Source: Octopus sinensis (Eukaryota). From it: a stretch of DNA of 64,000 bases. How positions within the stretch are numbered: the first letter of the stretch is position 1; each line of letters starts with the position of its first letter. This document shows, piece by piece, positions 48,600 through 61,203 of this stretch. Position numbers and translations under genes: made by a program. The stretch covers positions 91,388,001 through 91,452,000 of the forward strand of contig NC_043001.1 of assembly GCF_006345805.1 (NCBI RefSeq). The letters run 5' to 3'. The notes beneath the pieces were generated by a model. That model made no database searches. It had not been told where the DNA came from and saw nothing but the letters and a program-made list of their open reading frames with translations.

Positions 48600-50532
48600 C
48601 TTTCTTTATTGAACACACAGGGCTGAACACAGAGGGGGCAATTACAAATGTATGGCTTTTCTTTTCGAAGGTGGCAAAGAAAAAGGAAAAAAATGGAAAC
48701 AAATGTAAAAAAAAAAAAGGCGATCAAAAGGGATCGTGTATAACAGAAAGAAATTCTTTTTTTTTTTAAAGTAAGAAAACAAGATTATGTTCATCCATGT
48801 AAAGAAAAGCTTACGGAAAAGACTACGGTAACCTCAGGAGGAAATAAACACATGAGAGCAAAGTTGTAAATGAGACTGTCTCACCGATACATTAAGATCT
48901 CTGACTCAACCCAGATTTATCTCTTAATTTATCTCAATATCTTGAGTTGTGGCCTTGTGGTTAGGGTTTTGTAATCACGACTACTACATCGTGGTTTCGA
49001 TTCCAGGACAAATCAGTGCCTTATGCTCTTGAGCGAAATTCTTCATTTCACGTTGTTTCAGTCCACTCGGCTGCAAATGGGTTATCTTGCGACAGAACAG
49101 TCTTCCGATTGGAAGAGATATTGTCCTGCTCACCTAGCCAACATCATTCGAAGGCTAAAACGATGAGAAGCGCACTTTGACTAGCGATACATAACAACAT
49201 CCGATAGTCTGGACAATATCCTGATAGCGCCTGTTTTCAACTATCATACACCCTACCCGTTCAACTAGACCGAATAAGCAGTCATATCCTTTCCTCTTCT
49301 CTCGATCACTGTTCTCCTTCCTCTTCTCTTCATCATTGTGTTTCATCTACTAAATGCCAAGCCAATGAAGGAGCTTCTGTGCTGCCGCTCGTCCTTCTAG
49401 AAACAATAATCCCTTAAATAAATAATCCCCTAAATCACAACCTCACCCAATGTGTCTCCTTAAAAGGGACACATTGGGTGATTTTGACCCATATTTCAAC
49501 GACCACATAAAAAAAATGTTCGGTTACGGCTGGAACGTCTTTGATTATAAATCTGGCCAATCAGTGTTGAGCTGAAAGTAAACAACAACGACAATGATGA
49601 CAACAACAACGAGAACAACAACATCATCACTACCGCCGCCGCTGCCACCACCACCACCACCACCACCACCACCACCACCATTTCAAACACACTCACTCCA
49701 AAATCTCGTCTCAGACCACAGATTTTTCTGGAGACATCGACTGTATTTAAACCACATCTACTTCACCAGACTTGGGTGCCCTGCAAAGATCTTGCCTGCT
49801 GACTCATCGCTTATGACCAATTTAATTTGAAAATTATTAAGATTAATCATTTTAATAAATTCGGAGGTAACCACCTCCACCAAAAATAAAACAAAGCAAA
49901 AAAACAAAAAACAAAAATAAAAAACATAGCATCCATTGAAATGCAACAGGAAATTGTAAAAAACTATGTTGCTCGCCTCGTTTTGTTTTACAATAATATT
50001 ATCATTCTGATTAAAATAAAATTTTATATTAGATACATGATGAGAATTTATAATGGTACAGATGAAATTTTAAATTCATTATAAGTGTTGGTAAGTATTT
50101 GATACAAGAAGTTACACTTTCTGGAACCGCCCACTTAAAGGAACTCATGTTAAAAAGCGACAAATATCGCATTAATTGATAAAACAGAAAGCAACTCCCG
50201 CATAGAATCTAATAAAATTTGATACGAAAAAAAGAAATTAAAATACTGTGATAAGGGAAGCAACTTTGCATTATGGAATTACCTCCCTTGAAATTAAATC
50301 GCATAGATAAACAATTTTCATTGAATTGCAAACATTAAAGTATTAGAGTATATTAAAAGATGGTATCTAACTTCAGTTTGCATTGATTGCAGGGAAATTG
50401 GTCTACATATATACAGGGAGACATGCGTGCGCCCGCACACACACACAGTCATACACAAACACACACACGCGCGCGCACACACATGCACATACATACATAC
50501 ATGCATATATATATATATAGAGAGAGAGAGAA

Positions 50533-50563
<31 letters not shown>

Positions 50564-50823
50564 TAGATATACGTGCACACACGCAAACACACACTCTCAC
50601 GCACACACGTACACACAGAATATATTGTTTTACATAGCAAAACACATTTTAAGGAATCACAAAGTTATGTCCCTTGATTCAGCTAAGGGGACATAACTCC
50701 TGATTTCGTTCTTGTTTTTATGTTATAAAAAGTACGAAAAAAACAGCAAGATGCGGAGTAGTGGTAACAGCTTGTCAAGCAAACATATAGAGACTGCCTC
50801 TTTGGCTTGCCTTTTATTTATCA

Positions 50824-51209
50824 CTAGCAGTATCGCCCGGCGTTGCTCGGGTTTGTAAGGGAAATAACTATATAAGCAATTTTAGAGAGTTATGGCCAAA
50901 AAATAGCAAAAAATGCATTAAAAATGGAAAAAAAATGATGGTAAATTTTTTTTTAAATCGTTGACTCATCGTAGACATTTTTAGAGAGTTACTTCCCTTA
51001 TATAATAGCGAAAAAATGCATTAAAATGGAAAAAAATGATGGTAAATTTTTTTTTAAATCGTAGACGCGCGCTAATACCCAGAAGGGCTCGATATGAATC
51101 ACGACTATAAGATACCCGGTTTTGGATAAACTGCACCGCAAAATGTGGGAGTAGTTAGGAATCTAAATCGTAGGAGACAGACACACAACTTGACTTTTAT
51201 ATATAAAGA
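50824..51209 (-). mobile_element. Non-autonomous Helitron (386 bp)
   Basis: Host A|TC 5' end at 51210|51209; 3' CTAG|T at 50827-50823; subterminal hairpin CCCGGCGTTGCTCGGG (50836-50851); no TSD. Confidence 0.9.
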
Positions 51210-52251
51210 TTATCATTTTTTCTGTGGTTGGTATAATGAAATGTTGTTGCCTATTAACAAGTAAGGTCAATAGTCAGATTTTGAATTACTTAACCTTTAT
51301 CTTTTGAAAAAACTTGACTAATTTCGCAAAAGCCTTCATCCTTATCGCCAGAAATAATTTTAAAAAAAATAAAAAATAAAAATTGGAAAATAGAGAAAAT
51401 AGAAAAAAAAAAAGAAGGGAAACGATTATGGCCTTGCTACTGCTGCTCTAACATCCTTAATATGCAGTGTCCTAAGTTTTGATCCTTGGAATCATCATTA
51501 ACAGTGACACCGAAGTGAATGTCGATCTCGCCTTTGGAACAGGTGAATTGATCACTACACTTCTGTTCTAGCAGTTTCGTAAACCCACATGGGTTAGCTA
51601 GAACGATAGCTTACTTCCTGGCTCCCTCTTTGCGCCGTCCCCCATACCACTCAGCCAGTGTTATAAGGTTCATACGAAGAATACTCAAGTCCATTAGAGC
51701 TTCTCTCTCCATCCCCCCCCTCTCTCTCTCTCCTCACTCGCCTCCTTGAACTGCCGCCTAAAGCTCTTAAGCTCCTGTCTGGTGGATTTTGTTGGCTTTA
51801 TTGCTCATAACAAAGGGAGGTTTCACTTTTACCTTTTCTTCCAGTCCAAACCACTAAACTGCTTAACCGATAAAAATAGTGGTCATCGCCATCCTTTTTC
51901 GATGTAGTTGACGTACTTATCAAACTTTTCACCACTCCTTAATAAGCAGATGTCGGTTTCAAGTTGTTTTTATTTACATAATCCAAAAATGAGCGTGAAA
52001 TGACCGAAATTCACGAACTTTTTTCACAAATATTTTGTGATACGGATATGTTGCAGACTGGTACTAAGGATTGTCACATCTATTTCGAGTAGAAAACAGA
52101 AATTGAATTGTCATTTACAGAATAATTCATGTGAAGGCGCATTGCCTAGTGATAACGGTGTTTGGATTACGCAGTTGGTTCGATTTCTGGGCTGGCTGGC
52201 AAGTGTTGCTCATTTCACGTTGCGTCAATCTACTAAGTCAAAATGAGTACC

Positions 52252-52482
52252 TATTTCTATACTACACACAAGAGGCTAAACACAGAGGGGACAAACAGGG
52301 ACAGACAAACGGATTAAGTCGATTACATCGATCCCCAGTGCGTAACTGGTACTTAATTCATCGACCCCGAAAGGATGACAGGCAAAGTCGACCTTGGCGG
52401 AATTTGAACTCAGAACGTAGCGGCAGACGAAATACGGCTACGCATTTCGCCCGGCGTGCTATCGTTTCTGCCAGCTCGCCGC
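52252..52482 (-). mobile_element. SINE family IV (head GCGGCGAGCTGGCAGAAACGTTAGCACGCC) with Tx1-type tail and 12-13-bp TSD; many other copies with alternative tails (e.g. 3245-3450, 18281-18460, 19910-20110, 59690-59990, 63650-63980)
   Basis: TSD (C)AAAATGAGTACC at 52239-52251 and 52482-52494; conserved GAGTTCAAATTCCGCCGAGGTCGAC body. Confidence 0.88.
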
Positions 52483-54198
52483 AAAATGAGTACCAACCAA
52501 TTGCTGGTGCGATTTCCACGACTTGATTGTACCGCTGCATGAAATGTAAAGAAGCTGAGACACTGCCTATGTTGGCTTACATAGGAACCTAGATCAATTA
52601 GCTGAACAAAAATGTTCGTGGATTCAGTTCTTAGTCTGAGCCGCAATTTGTGTCCTTGAACAGGGCAATTCATTTTACCTTGCTTTAGTCTTCTCAGCTG
52701 TTATGACTACCGGATGAATGTTGGTGAAACCCCATACTCATCCATTTCTCAACCGTTCACATCTCAGATGCTTCACTGAGTGAAAAATAGTAGGGTGGCG
52801 GGAATCTGCAAAGGTGTCTATGTCTACTCGCGACTTCACAAGCGCCTAAATTAATGAGAGAAAGCATGTTACATAGTGATTTCCTATTTTGGCACAAGGC
52901 CAGCAGTTTCGGGGAAGAGGATAAGTCGGCTATATAGATCCCAGTGCTCAACTGATACTTATTTTATCAACCCCGAAAGGATAAAAGGCGATGTCAATCT
53001 CGGTGGAATTTGAACTCACGGCTTAAAGACGGGCGAAATGCCATTCAGCATTTTCCCCAACGTGGTACCAACTCTCATCTGGCCGTCTTAAGCACAGTAC
53101 ATAATAAAAATAATGAATAAATACGCCCTTTTAAATCCTAGGCAGGGCCATGGGCCCGGTTTCCCGGTTTCTATGGCGTATGTGTCCCCCAGCTGGACGG
53201 AGCTACGTGAAATGAAGTGTTTTGCTCAAGAACACAACGCGTCACCCGGTCCAGGAATTGAAACCACAATCTTACCATCATGATGCTGACAACCTAACCA
53301 CTAAGCCACGTGCCTCCACAAAAATAAGTGCGCCCTTTTAAAGCCTAGCCAGGCTCATGGGCCCGGTTTCTCGGTTTCAATGGCGTATGTGTTCCCCAAC
53401 TGGACGGGACGCCAGTCCATCGTAGTGTTACTCATTTTTGCCAGCTGAGTGGACTGGAGTAACGTGAAATGAAGTGCTTTGCTCAAGAACACAACGCGTC
53501 GCCCGGTCCAGGAATCGAAATCACAATCTTACGATCATGATGCTGACACCCTAACCACTAAACCATGCGCCACTACATAGTACATAATACCAAGCAACAT
53601 TCGTAACAATTGGTTTTACTTCATACAATCCTTTATGGATGACATCAAACGCAACATCAATACCGAATATTTTAAACATTATAAGCCTCAACTTTAAAAA
53701 CAAAAGCGCAGCAGATCATTCACGTGACTATCATTTATCAGATAACCGTGTCTGCCTTTACCACTTCTAAGATGCATTTATTTATCAATGTGCCATAACC
53801 CTAAACCTTATCCAACTGAAACACTATAATAAAAGTTTGGATTAAGGACTGGCGAATATTAGCTAATGAATGAATCGACTCGAATTGTTAAAAATACCAG
53901 CTAAATTCGCTTTTTTCTGTGTCGTTAGAAGTTTTCTTTCCAGCCACGTGGTTCCAGTTTCAATCCAACTCCGTAACACCTTGGACAAGTTACTTCTATC
54001 ATTGCCTCGGGCCAACGAAAGTTTGTAAGTGAATTTGGTAGACGAAAACTGAAAGAAACTCTATCGGTCTCTTTTGCCAAACAGCTAAGTTACGGAGACG
54101 TAAACACACCAACATCGGTTGTCAAGCGATGAGGGGGAAACAAACACACACACAAGCATATACACACACGCACACACACACATACACACACACATATA

Positions 54199-54330
54199 CA
54201 GAGTGATTCAAAAGTCGCCATACATAAGAACAATTTATGTTTTTTGTAAGAAACAGATGTTTTTTATTTAACTGTTTATTATAAAAGAATTAAAATTTTT
54301 TCTATGTATGGTGACTTTTGAATCACCCTG
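54199..54330. mobile_element. Tc1/mariner MITE (132 bp)
   Basis: TA-flanked 28-bp TIRs CAGAGTGATTCAAAAGTCGCCATACATA / TATGTATGGTGACTTTTGAATCACCCTG. Confidence 0.9.
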
Positions 54331-55412
54331 TATATATATATATATATATATGTATATATACGACGGGCTCCTTTCGGTTTCTGTCTACCAACTCCACTCA
54401 CAAGGCTTTGGTCGGCCTAAGGATATAGTAGACACTTGCCCACGGTGCCACGTAGTGGGTCTGAACCCGGAACCATGTGGTTGGTAAGCAAGCTACTTAC
54501 CACACAGCCACTCCTGCGCCTAAGTACATACATATATTACTATCATAAATATGAGGGAAATAAATTAAAATAATTTATTACCAGTGGTTAGCATGCATAA
54601 ATAAAAGTCTTACGACATAACAAATTTTTAAAAAGTATGTGTGTGTAAAATATTTTTATACACAAAGAGGAGACCATCGACAGGACTCCTTACATGCCAA
54701 AAAGGCCAGTTAAAACCCAAACCACGGAAGAGAGAATTCATGAGGCACGCCAATTATAACTTCAGAATGAACAAAAAATGAACTAGTTAATCCCGAACTC
54801 GAGTTCCGCTATTAATTGCCAAATAAGCTAATTTGGAATCTGAAGCGGAATCACTAATTGATGAATAATTATGTAGTTGCAAATACGTACCAAAAATACG
54901 TGCGCAAGACAGCTACATCTTTATCCATTTAAGGGTTCGAACTTAGTGCGCGTGCGTAAATATATAGTCCAGCAGTAAATAAAGAAATTTAAAGCTTATC
55001 CTATATAGCCTCGTGGAGGCGCAATGGCCCAGTGGTTAGGTCAGCAGATTCGCGGTCGGAGGATCGCGGTTTCGATTCCTAGACCGGGCGTTGAGTATGT
55101 GTGTTTATTGAGCGAAAACACCTAAAAACTCCACGAGACTCCGGCAGGGGGTGGTGGCGACCCCTGTTGTACTCTTTCGCCACAACTTTCTCTCACTCTC
55201 TCTTCCTGTTTCTTGAGTAACGCTGCGATGGACTGGCACCCCGTCCAGCTGGGAGGAACATATACGCCACAGAAACCGGGAAACTGGGCCCATGAGCCTG
55301 TCTAGGCTTGAAAAGAGCGACGTTTAGCATTTTTTATCCTATACAGCCTCAGAATTATAAATATTGCTATCGCAAATTTGAGAGAAATAAACTAAAATAA
55401 TTTATTACCAGT

Positions 55413-55756
55413 TGCTGAGATCCCCCCCTTCGGTCATGACTGACCGTAGGATTGCACCTAGAAAGCTACCCTCCCAGGAACAAGTCCGGGCAAGGTTGTT
55501 TATGGAAGACCAGCAGTCGCCCATGCATACCTGCCTTCGCTCTCCACACCACCAGTGTTATCCAAGTGAAAGGTAAAGGCCGATACAGCTTGACACCTGT
55601 GACGTCGCAACACGTTTCTACAGCTGAATGAATTGGAGCAACGTGAAATAAAGTGTCTTGCTCAAGAACACACCACGCAGCCTGGTCCGGATTTCGAATT
55701 CACAACCTCACGATCATAAGCCCGACGCTCTAACCACTGAGCCATGCGCCTTCACA
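55413..55756 (-). mobile_element. Full-length tRNA-derived SINE with 11-bp TSD
   Basis: TTATTACCAGT at 55402-55412 and 55757-55767; head GTGAAGGCGCATGGCTCAGTGGTTAGAGCG...TTCGAAATCC. Confidence 0.85.
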
Positions 55757-55922
55757 TTATTACCAGTGGTTAGCATGCATAAATAAAAGTCATAAGACGT
55801 AACATATTTTTAAATATATAAGAGCATATAAAATATCTTTATACACAAAGCCTTTTTAGCATGTAAGGAGTCCTGTCAATGGTCTCCCCTTTGTGTATAA
55901 AAATATTTTATACACTCTTATA

Positions 55923-55960
<38 letters not shown>

Positions 55961-55966
<6 letters not shown>

Positions 55967-56683
55967 GGGTGCGGTGAAAATAAACTGTCGTGTAAGTTAC
56001 GGAAATATGAAAATAATACTGACATTTCATTTTAACAGATATATTTACTAAAATTACATAAAAATATCTTGAAACGCTAAAGAGTAAATTTATTCAATAA
56101 AATTGCCAGTGACTTTAACCACGACTTCCAGACAACTTCGGAATCTCCTGCAACTCTTCTGGACGGTCTCCTTGTTTAAGTTGGTGAATACTGTCACAAT
56201 CCTTGCGTTCAGTTCCTCTTTGGTGTTACAAGGAATTTTGTTGATCTCTCGCTCAATTGCACCTCACACATAACAATCAAAGTGGTTTCATTCTGGGGAG
56301 TTAGATCGCCAGATGTTTGGAGTGATGTTGTCGCAGAAATTGTCTGACAGCCACTACTGGGTTCTTCTGCTTGTGTGGCATGGTGTAGAGTCCTGTTGCC
56401 AGACATGGAGTGTTCCAGCAGCCACTCTCTTAACTCAGGGCAGCACTACCTCCTCTAGGCACTTGATGTAGACCTCAGTAATGAGTGAGAGGCCGTGCAG
56501 AAAGATGAATGGAGCTATAACGCCGCCATCGCTAGTGATAACTCCAAACACCATGATGTTGACTGGATGTTTGATTTTTATCACTCTCGGTAGATGTCCT
56601 CAGATTGCATTGCCCCCAGGTTGACACACAAACACTCTGAGATGTTCATATTGGAGTTCCTGGCACGAATGGCAAGCAGTACA
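55961..56683 (-). mobile_element. Second DD37D (maT) transposon remnant
   Basis: Reverse complement of 9390-10020; retains the right end TACACAGGGTGCGGTG at 55961; 5' end truncated. Confidence 0.88.
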
Positions 56684-56763
56684 ATATATATATATTGGCC
56701 TTGAGGGCTCAAAACTTTTCATACACACCTCATATATGAGTGTGTGTGTGTGGTGCCCACATA

Positions 56764-56808
<45 letters not shown>

Positions 56809-57394
56809 GTATAGATGTAAGTATTTACATATATGTATGTACATATGCACTTATGTATTATTTATATTAATATATGTATATGCGTGTGCGCGCGCATACA
56901 CACCCACACACACTCACACACACACACTATTAAAGAGATAATTAGAAAGAGACTATAAAAGACGGCGAAGTGGCAACGCCGGGCAACATTCTTAGTGGCA
57001 TCTGGTCTGTCTTTACGTTCTGAGTTCAAATTCCCCACAAGCTCGAATTTACTTTTCATCCTTTCTGAGTCGATTAAATAAGTAGCAGTTGAACATTGGG
57101 GTCGTTGTGATCGACTTGCGCCTACCCTTGAACTTGGTGGCCGAATTATGAATAAACTATACCACTATTAACCGATATACAATAGTTACGTGTCCAAATT
57201 TTATTCGATGCTTGTAACGAGAAATAAATTCATGAATGAAATAATGAGTAATAAACTACAGTTAATTGACAACGTCATTAACAATAAGTATTTTAATTTG
57301 TCTAATTAACGTTTTTCGTTCGGAAATGCATGTTTGTAAATATATATATATATGTATACATAAATATATGTATACTTATATATATGTATACATA

Positions 57395-57443
<49 letters not shown>

Positions 57444-57988
57444 TTTACTTGTTTCAGTCATTTGACTGTGGCCATGCTGAAGCACCGCCTTTTAGTCGAG
57501 CAAATCGACCCCAGGACTTATTCTTTGTAAGCTAGTACTTATTCTATCGGTCTCTTTAGCTGAAATCCGACTTCTGACTATGCAACCATACCTGCTTATA
57601 GTGGAAATCCAAAAACAATACAAAAAAACAAACAAACTGAAACCCCTTTTCTTTTCATTTGTCATTTTTATCGTTGTGTGTAACGCAATATAATTAGGAC
57701 AATATTGTGGCAACCTCATCACAGACAATATCAACGAAATAGATTTACTAGGAAGTGTTATCTCTTAAATGTATCTAGAAATACATTTGTGTTATGTCAG
57801 TGTGGCTAGCCTGAAAGTAGAGATAAGCCTCAAGTGTTAGGTGGTCTACATTTACATAACAATTGCAATAGAACATTTTTTTACATGGAAGTACTTCGAG
57901 TCACTTGACATGAAATACTTCCATCTCACTTTGATAGAGTGTACTTCTTGGAAAGTAAAAAATAGAATTTGTCGGCAGATAAGTAGCA

Positions 57989-58400
57989 GAATCGTTAGAG
58001 CATCGAACGATATGCCCCTATGCTATTTATCCCGGCTTCACGCATTCTGAGTTCAAATTCCGCCGAGTTCAACTACGTTGTTTATCCTCCAGAGATTTTG
58101 ATATAGAATATTTGTCTATGGTGATGGGCTGATAGAATCGTTAGAGCATCGGACGGCATGTCCCTGTGCTATTTATTCCAGCTCTTCGCGTCCTGGGTTC
58201 AAATTCCGCTGATTTGAACTACCTTTATTATCCTCCCGGGGTCGCGACATCGAATATTTGTCTATGTTGATGGACTGATGGAACTGTTAGAGCATCGGAC
58301 GACATGTCCCTGTGCTATCTATTCCGGCTCGTCACGTTCTGAGTTAAAATCTCACCGAGTTCATCTACGCTTTTTACGTTCCCGTGGTCGATAAATAAAA
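57989..58400 (+). repeat. Three 146-bp tandem units derived from the SINE-IV head and body
   Basis: GAA(T/C)..TTAGAGCATCG at 57989, 58135 and 58281. Confidence 0.85.
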
Positions 58401-58722
58401 TACCGATCTGTGGCTGATGATCGACGAATCATTAAAGCGGCAGAAATAAGCTTCTATTTGCTCGGTTCTTTGCGTTTTAAGTTCAAATGCCGCCGTGGTC
58501 TATATTGGTTGAAGATGAAGCTTGCCGCCCGTTTTAACACTATCTGGTCCACAGGTCTCTTTAGCAGAATCTAATCTGTAGCAAACTTTCTGACCAGGTC
58601 TCCAGTTTGAGGTTACCTTCCTCCATCCCACTCACGGGAGCTGCTTATGAGGGGTAATTAGCTCCGCTGTTCTCTCCCCAGTAAATGAAACGGACCCTAT
58701 TTTGGTATTAGATTCAAAATAA

Positions 58723-59197
58723 TTGACCGACAGATTTAAAAAATAATTTTTTGTAACTAAACACTTTCAAACTTTGGACACTGGTAGAATGTGTCATATA
58801 AAACATCTTTTACTCTTAGCATTTTTGAGAAAAACTTATATTTACGACATCGTTCGTACGTTTGTACTGGTTTTAAGGTTTTAGGGTTAGGGTTAAGGTT
58901 TTACGGTTAAAAGTTAGGGTTTTAGGGTTAGGGTTGTCAAAAACAGTGACAAACGAAATAAACACCTCCGAAAGTTCTTGTTGACAAACGACGGCAGTAA
59001 TTTTATTCAGCTGAATAACCGTCACTGATTGGTTGAAATTACCGAAATAGGACAACTTTAACGTGAAATAACTTCGTAAATATAAGTTTTTCTCAAAAAT
59101 GCTAAGAGTAAAAATGTTTTATATGACACATTCTACCAGTGACCGAAGTTTGAAAATGTTTAGTTACAAAAAATTATTTTTTAAATCTGTCGGTCAA
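58723..59197. mobile_element. MITE with ~125-bp TIRs and internal TTAGGG-like tract (related fragment about 4870-5030)
   Basis: 58723-58847 is the inverted counterpart of 59074-59197; GGTTTTAGGGTTAGGG tract at about 58869-58935. No clear TSD. Confidence 0.8.
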
Positions 59198-60381
59198 AAG
59201 GTAAAGATCCAAATGTCTTCTCTTTTACACTTAAATAATTTAATAGATCCTCCGTTGATTTCGGCGAAGAGTGCTCCAGTTGTTTAATCAACAGAACTGC
59301 CTACTCGTTGATTTAGCATCTAAGTAACTGGGTATTCCATTAACAAGATACATTTCTCTTGACGTAATTCTCATGCGGAATCAGAGTGACACGATGTAGA
59401 GAAGGTTTGAATTTTAGTCATATTTACAAACTTTTCAACGGGATCCCACAATTTCTGTCCATCCAATAGCACTCACAAAACTTGAATCGACCCCGGGCCG
59501 TGGTAAAAACACTTGTCTAAGTTGCAACACAGTTGGATCGAACCCGCATACTTGTGATTGTGAAACTAATTTCTTAACCACTCGTCCATGTGCCGAAATA
59601 GTGCACGCATAAGCACACACGAACACGAAAGTACATATATTATTATGCCAAATTTTGGCACAAGACCAACAATTTTGAGAGACTAGGCACAAGGCCCGAA
59701 ATTTTGGGGGAAGGGGTGAGTCGATTAGATTGTACGCAACTGGTACTTAATTTATCGACCCCGAAAGGATAAAAGGCAAAGTCGACTTCGGCGGAATTCG
59801 AACTCAGAAAGTAAAGACAGACGAAATACCTATTTCTTTATTGCCCACAAGGGGCTAAACACAGAGGGGACAAACAAGGACAGACAAAGGGATTATATCG
59901 ACCCTAGTGCGTAACTGGTTCTTAATTTATCGACCCCGATCTAATCGACTGATCCTTCTCCCCCCAAATTTCGGGCTTTGTGACTAGAGTAGAAAAGAAT
60001 ATTATTCTTCCTACTGTTAGCACTAGGCTCGAAGTTTTGGGGAGGAGACAAGTCGAATACATCGACACCAGTGTTCAACTGGTACTAATTTTATCGACTC
60101 TGAAAAGAGGAAAGGCAAAGTTGACCTTGGCAGGATTCGAATTCAGAACGTAAAGGATCGAAAGAAATACTGCTATCTAACTTGCCCACGACTCTACGAA
60201 CTCGCTGTCTTGAGGGTGCGTATATTATTATACTGATACGTTGTTGTTGCATTGACTTAACAAGATAATTAGTGCTCAATGCCAAGTTGTTAGACGTGAG
60301 TAAGATCAGGAAATATATCGATGTTTGTAGTAGTAGGGAACTTTAGACTATACTCGGGTTTCACATAATTTACCTTGTATG

Positions 60382-61203
60382 CAGCTGGAATTCAAAAAGG
60401 AGAACCTTGTCACACACTCTCTCACGCTGACCCTGCTTGGGTATCCGTGTCTGTGGAATACTCAACCACTTAGTGGTTAATTCAGGAGCTGGTAATTTAG
60501 TTAATCGAACACCTAAATCTTCATGTTGAACGACGGAGATCCACCACTTACGAGCGCGCACAAGCGCATACATACATATATACATATAAAGACATATACA
60601 AACACACATACATATCAGGTCTGATCAATAAGTATCAGGACTGTGGCCATAGTAACGAAGCTAAAGCATGCATACTACCCATAAGGGGCTAAACACAGAG
60701 GGAACAAACAAGGACAGACAAAGGAATTAAGTCGATTACATCGACCCCAGTGCGTAACTGGTACTTTATTTTTCAACCCCGAAAGGATGAAAGGCAAAGT
60801 CGATCTCGGCGGAATTTGAACTCAGAACGTAACGACAGACGAAATACCGCTAAGCATTTCGCCTGGCGTGTTCCCTCTGTGTTTAGCCCCTTATGGGTAG
60901 TATGCATGCTTTAGCTTCGTTACTATGGCCACAGTCCTGATACTTATTGATCAGACCTGATATGTATGTGTGTTTGTGTGTGTGTGTGTATGTCTTTATA
61001 TGTATATATGTATGTATGCGCATGTGCACGCTCGTAAGCGGTGGATCCCCGTCGTTCAACATGAAGATTTAGGTGTTCGATTAACTAAATTACCAGCTCC
61101 TGAATTAACCATTAAGTGGTTGAGTATTCCACAGACTCGGAAACTCAAACAGAGTCAGCGTGAGAGAGTGTGTGACAAGGTTCTCCTTTTTGAATTCCAG
61201 CTG
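60382..61203. repeat. Large inverted duplication (arms 60382-60706 / 60869-61203, 162-bp spacer)
   Basis: Arms near-identical in reverse complement; the ORF track shows matching translations on opposite strands (60370-60609 and 60970-61230). Confidence 0.95.

Noticed and set aside
49594-49830. Poly-proline/threonine ORF
   Set aside because: Arises from (CAA)n and (CCA)n repeats.
58869-58935. True telomere or chromosome fusion site
   Set aside because: Short, degenerate and enclosed by MITE TIRs.
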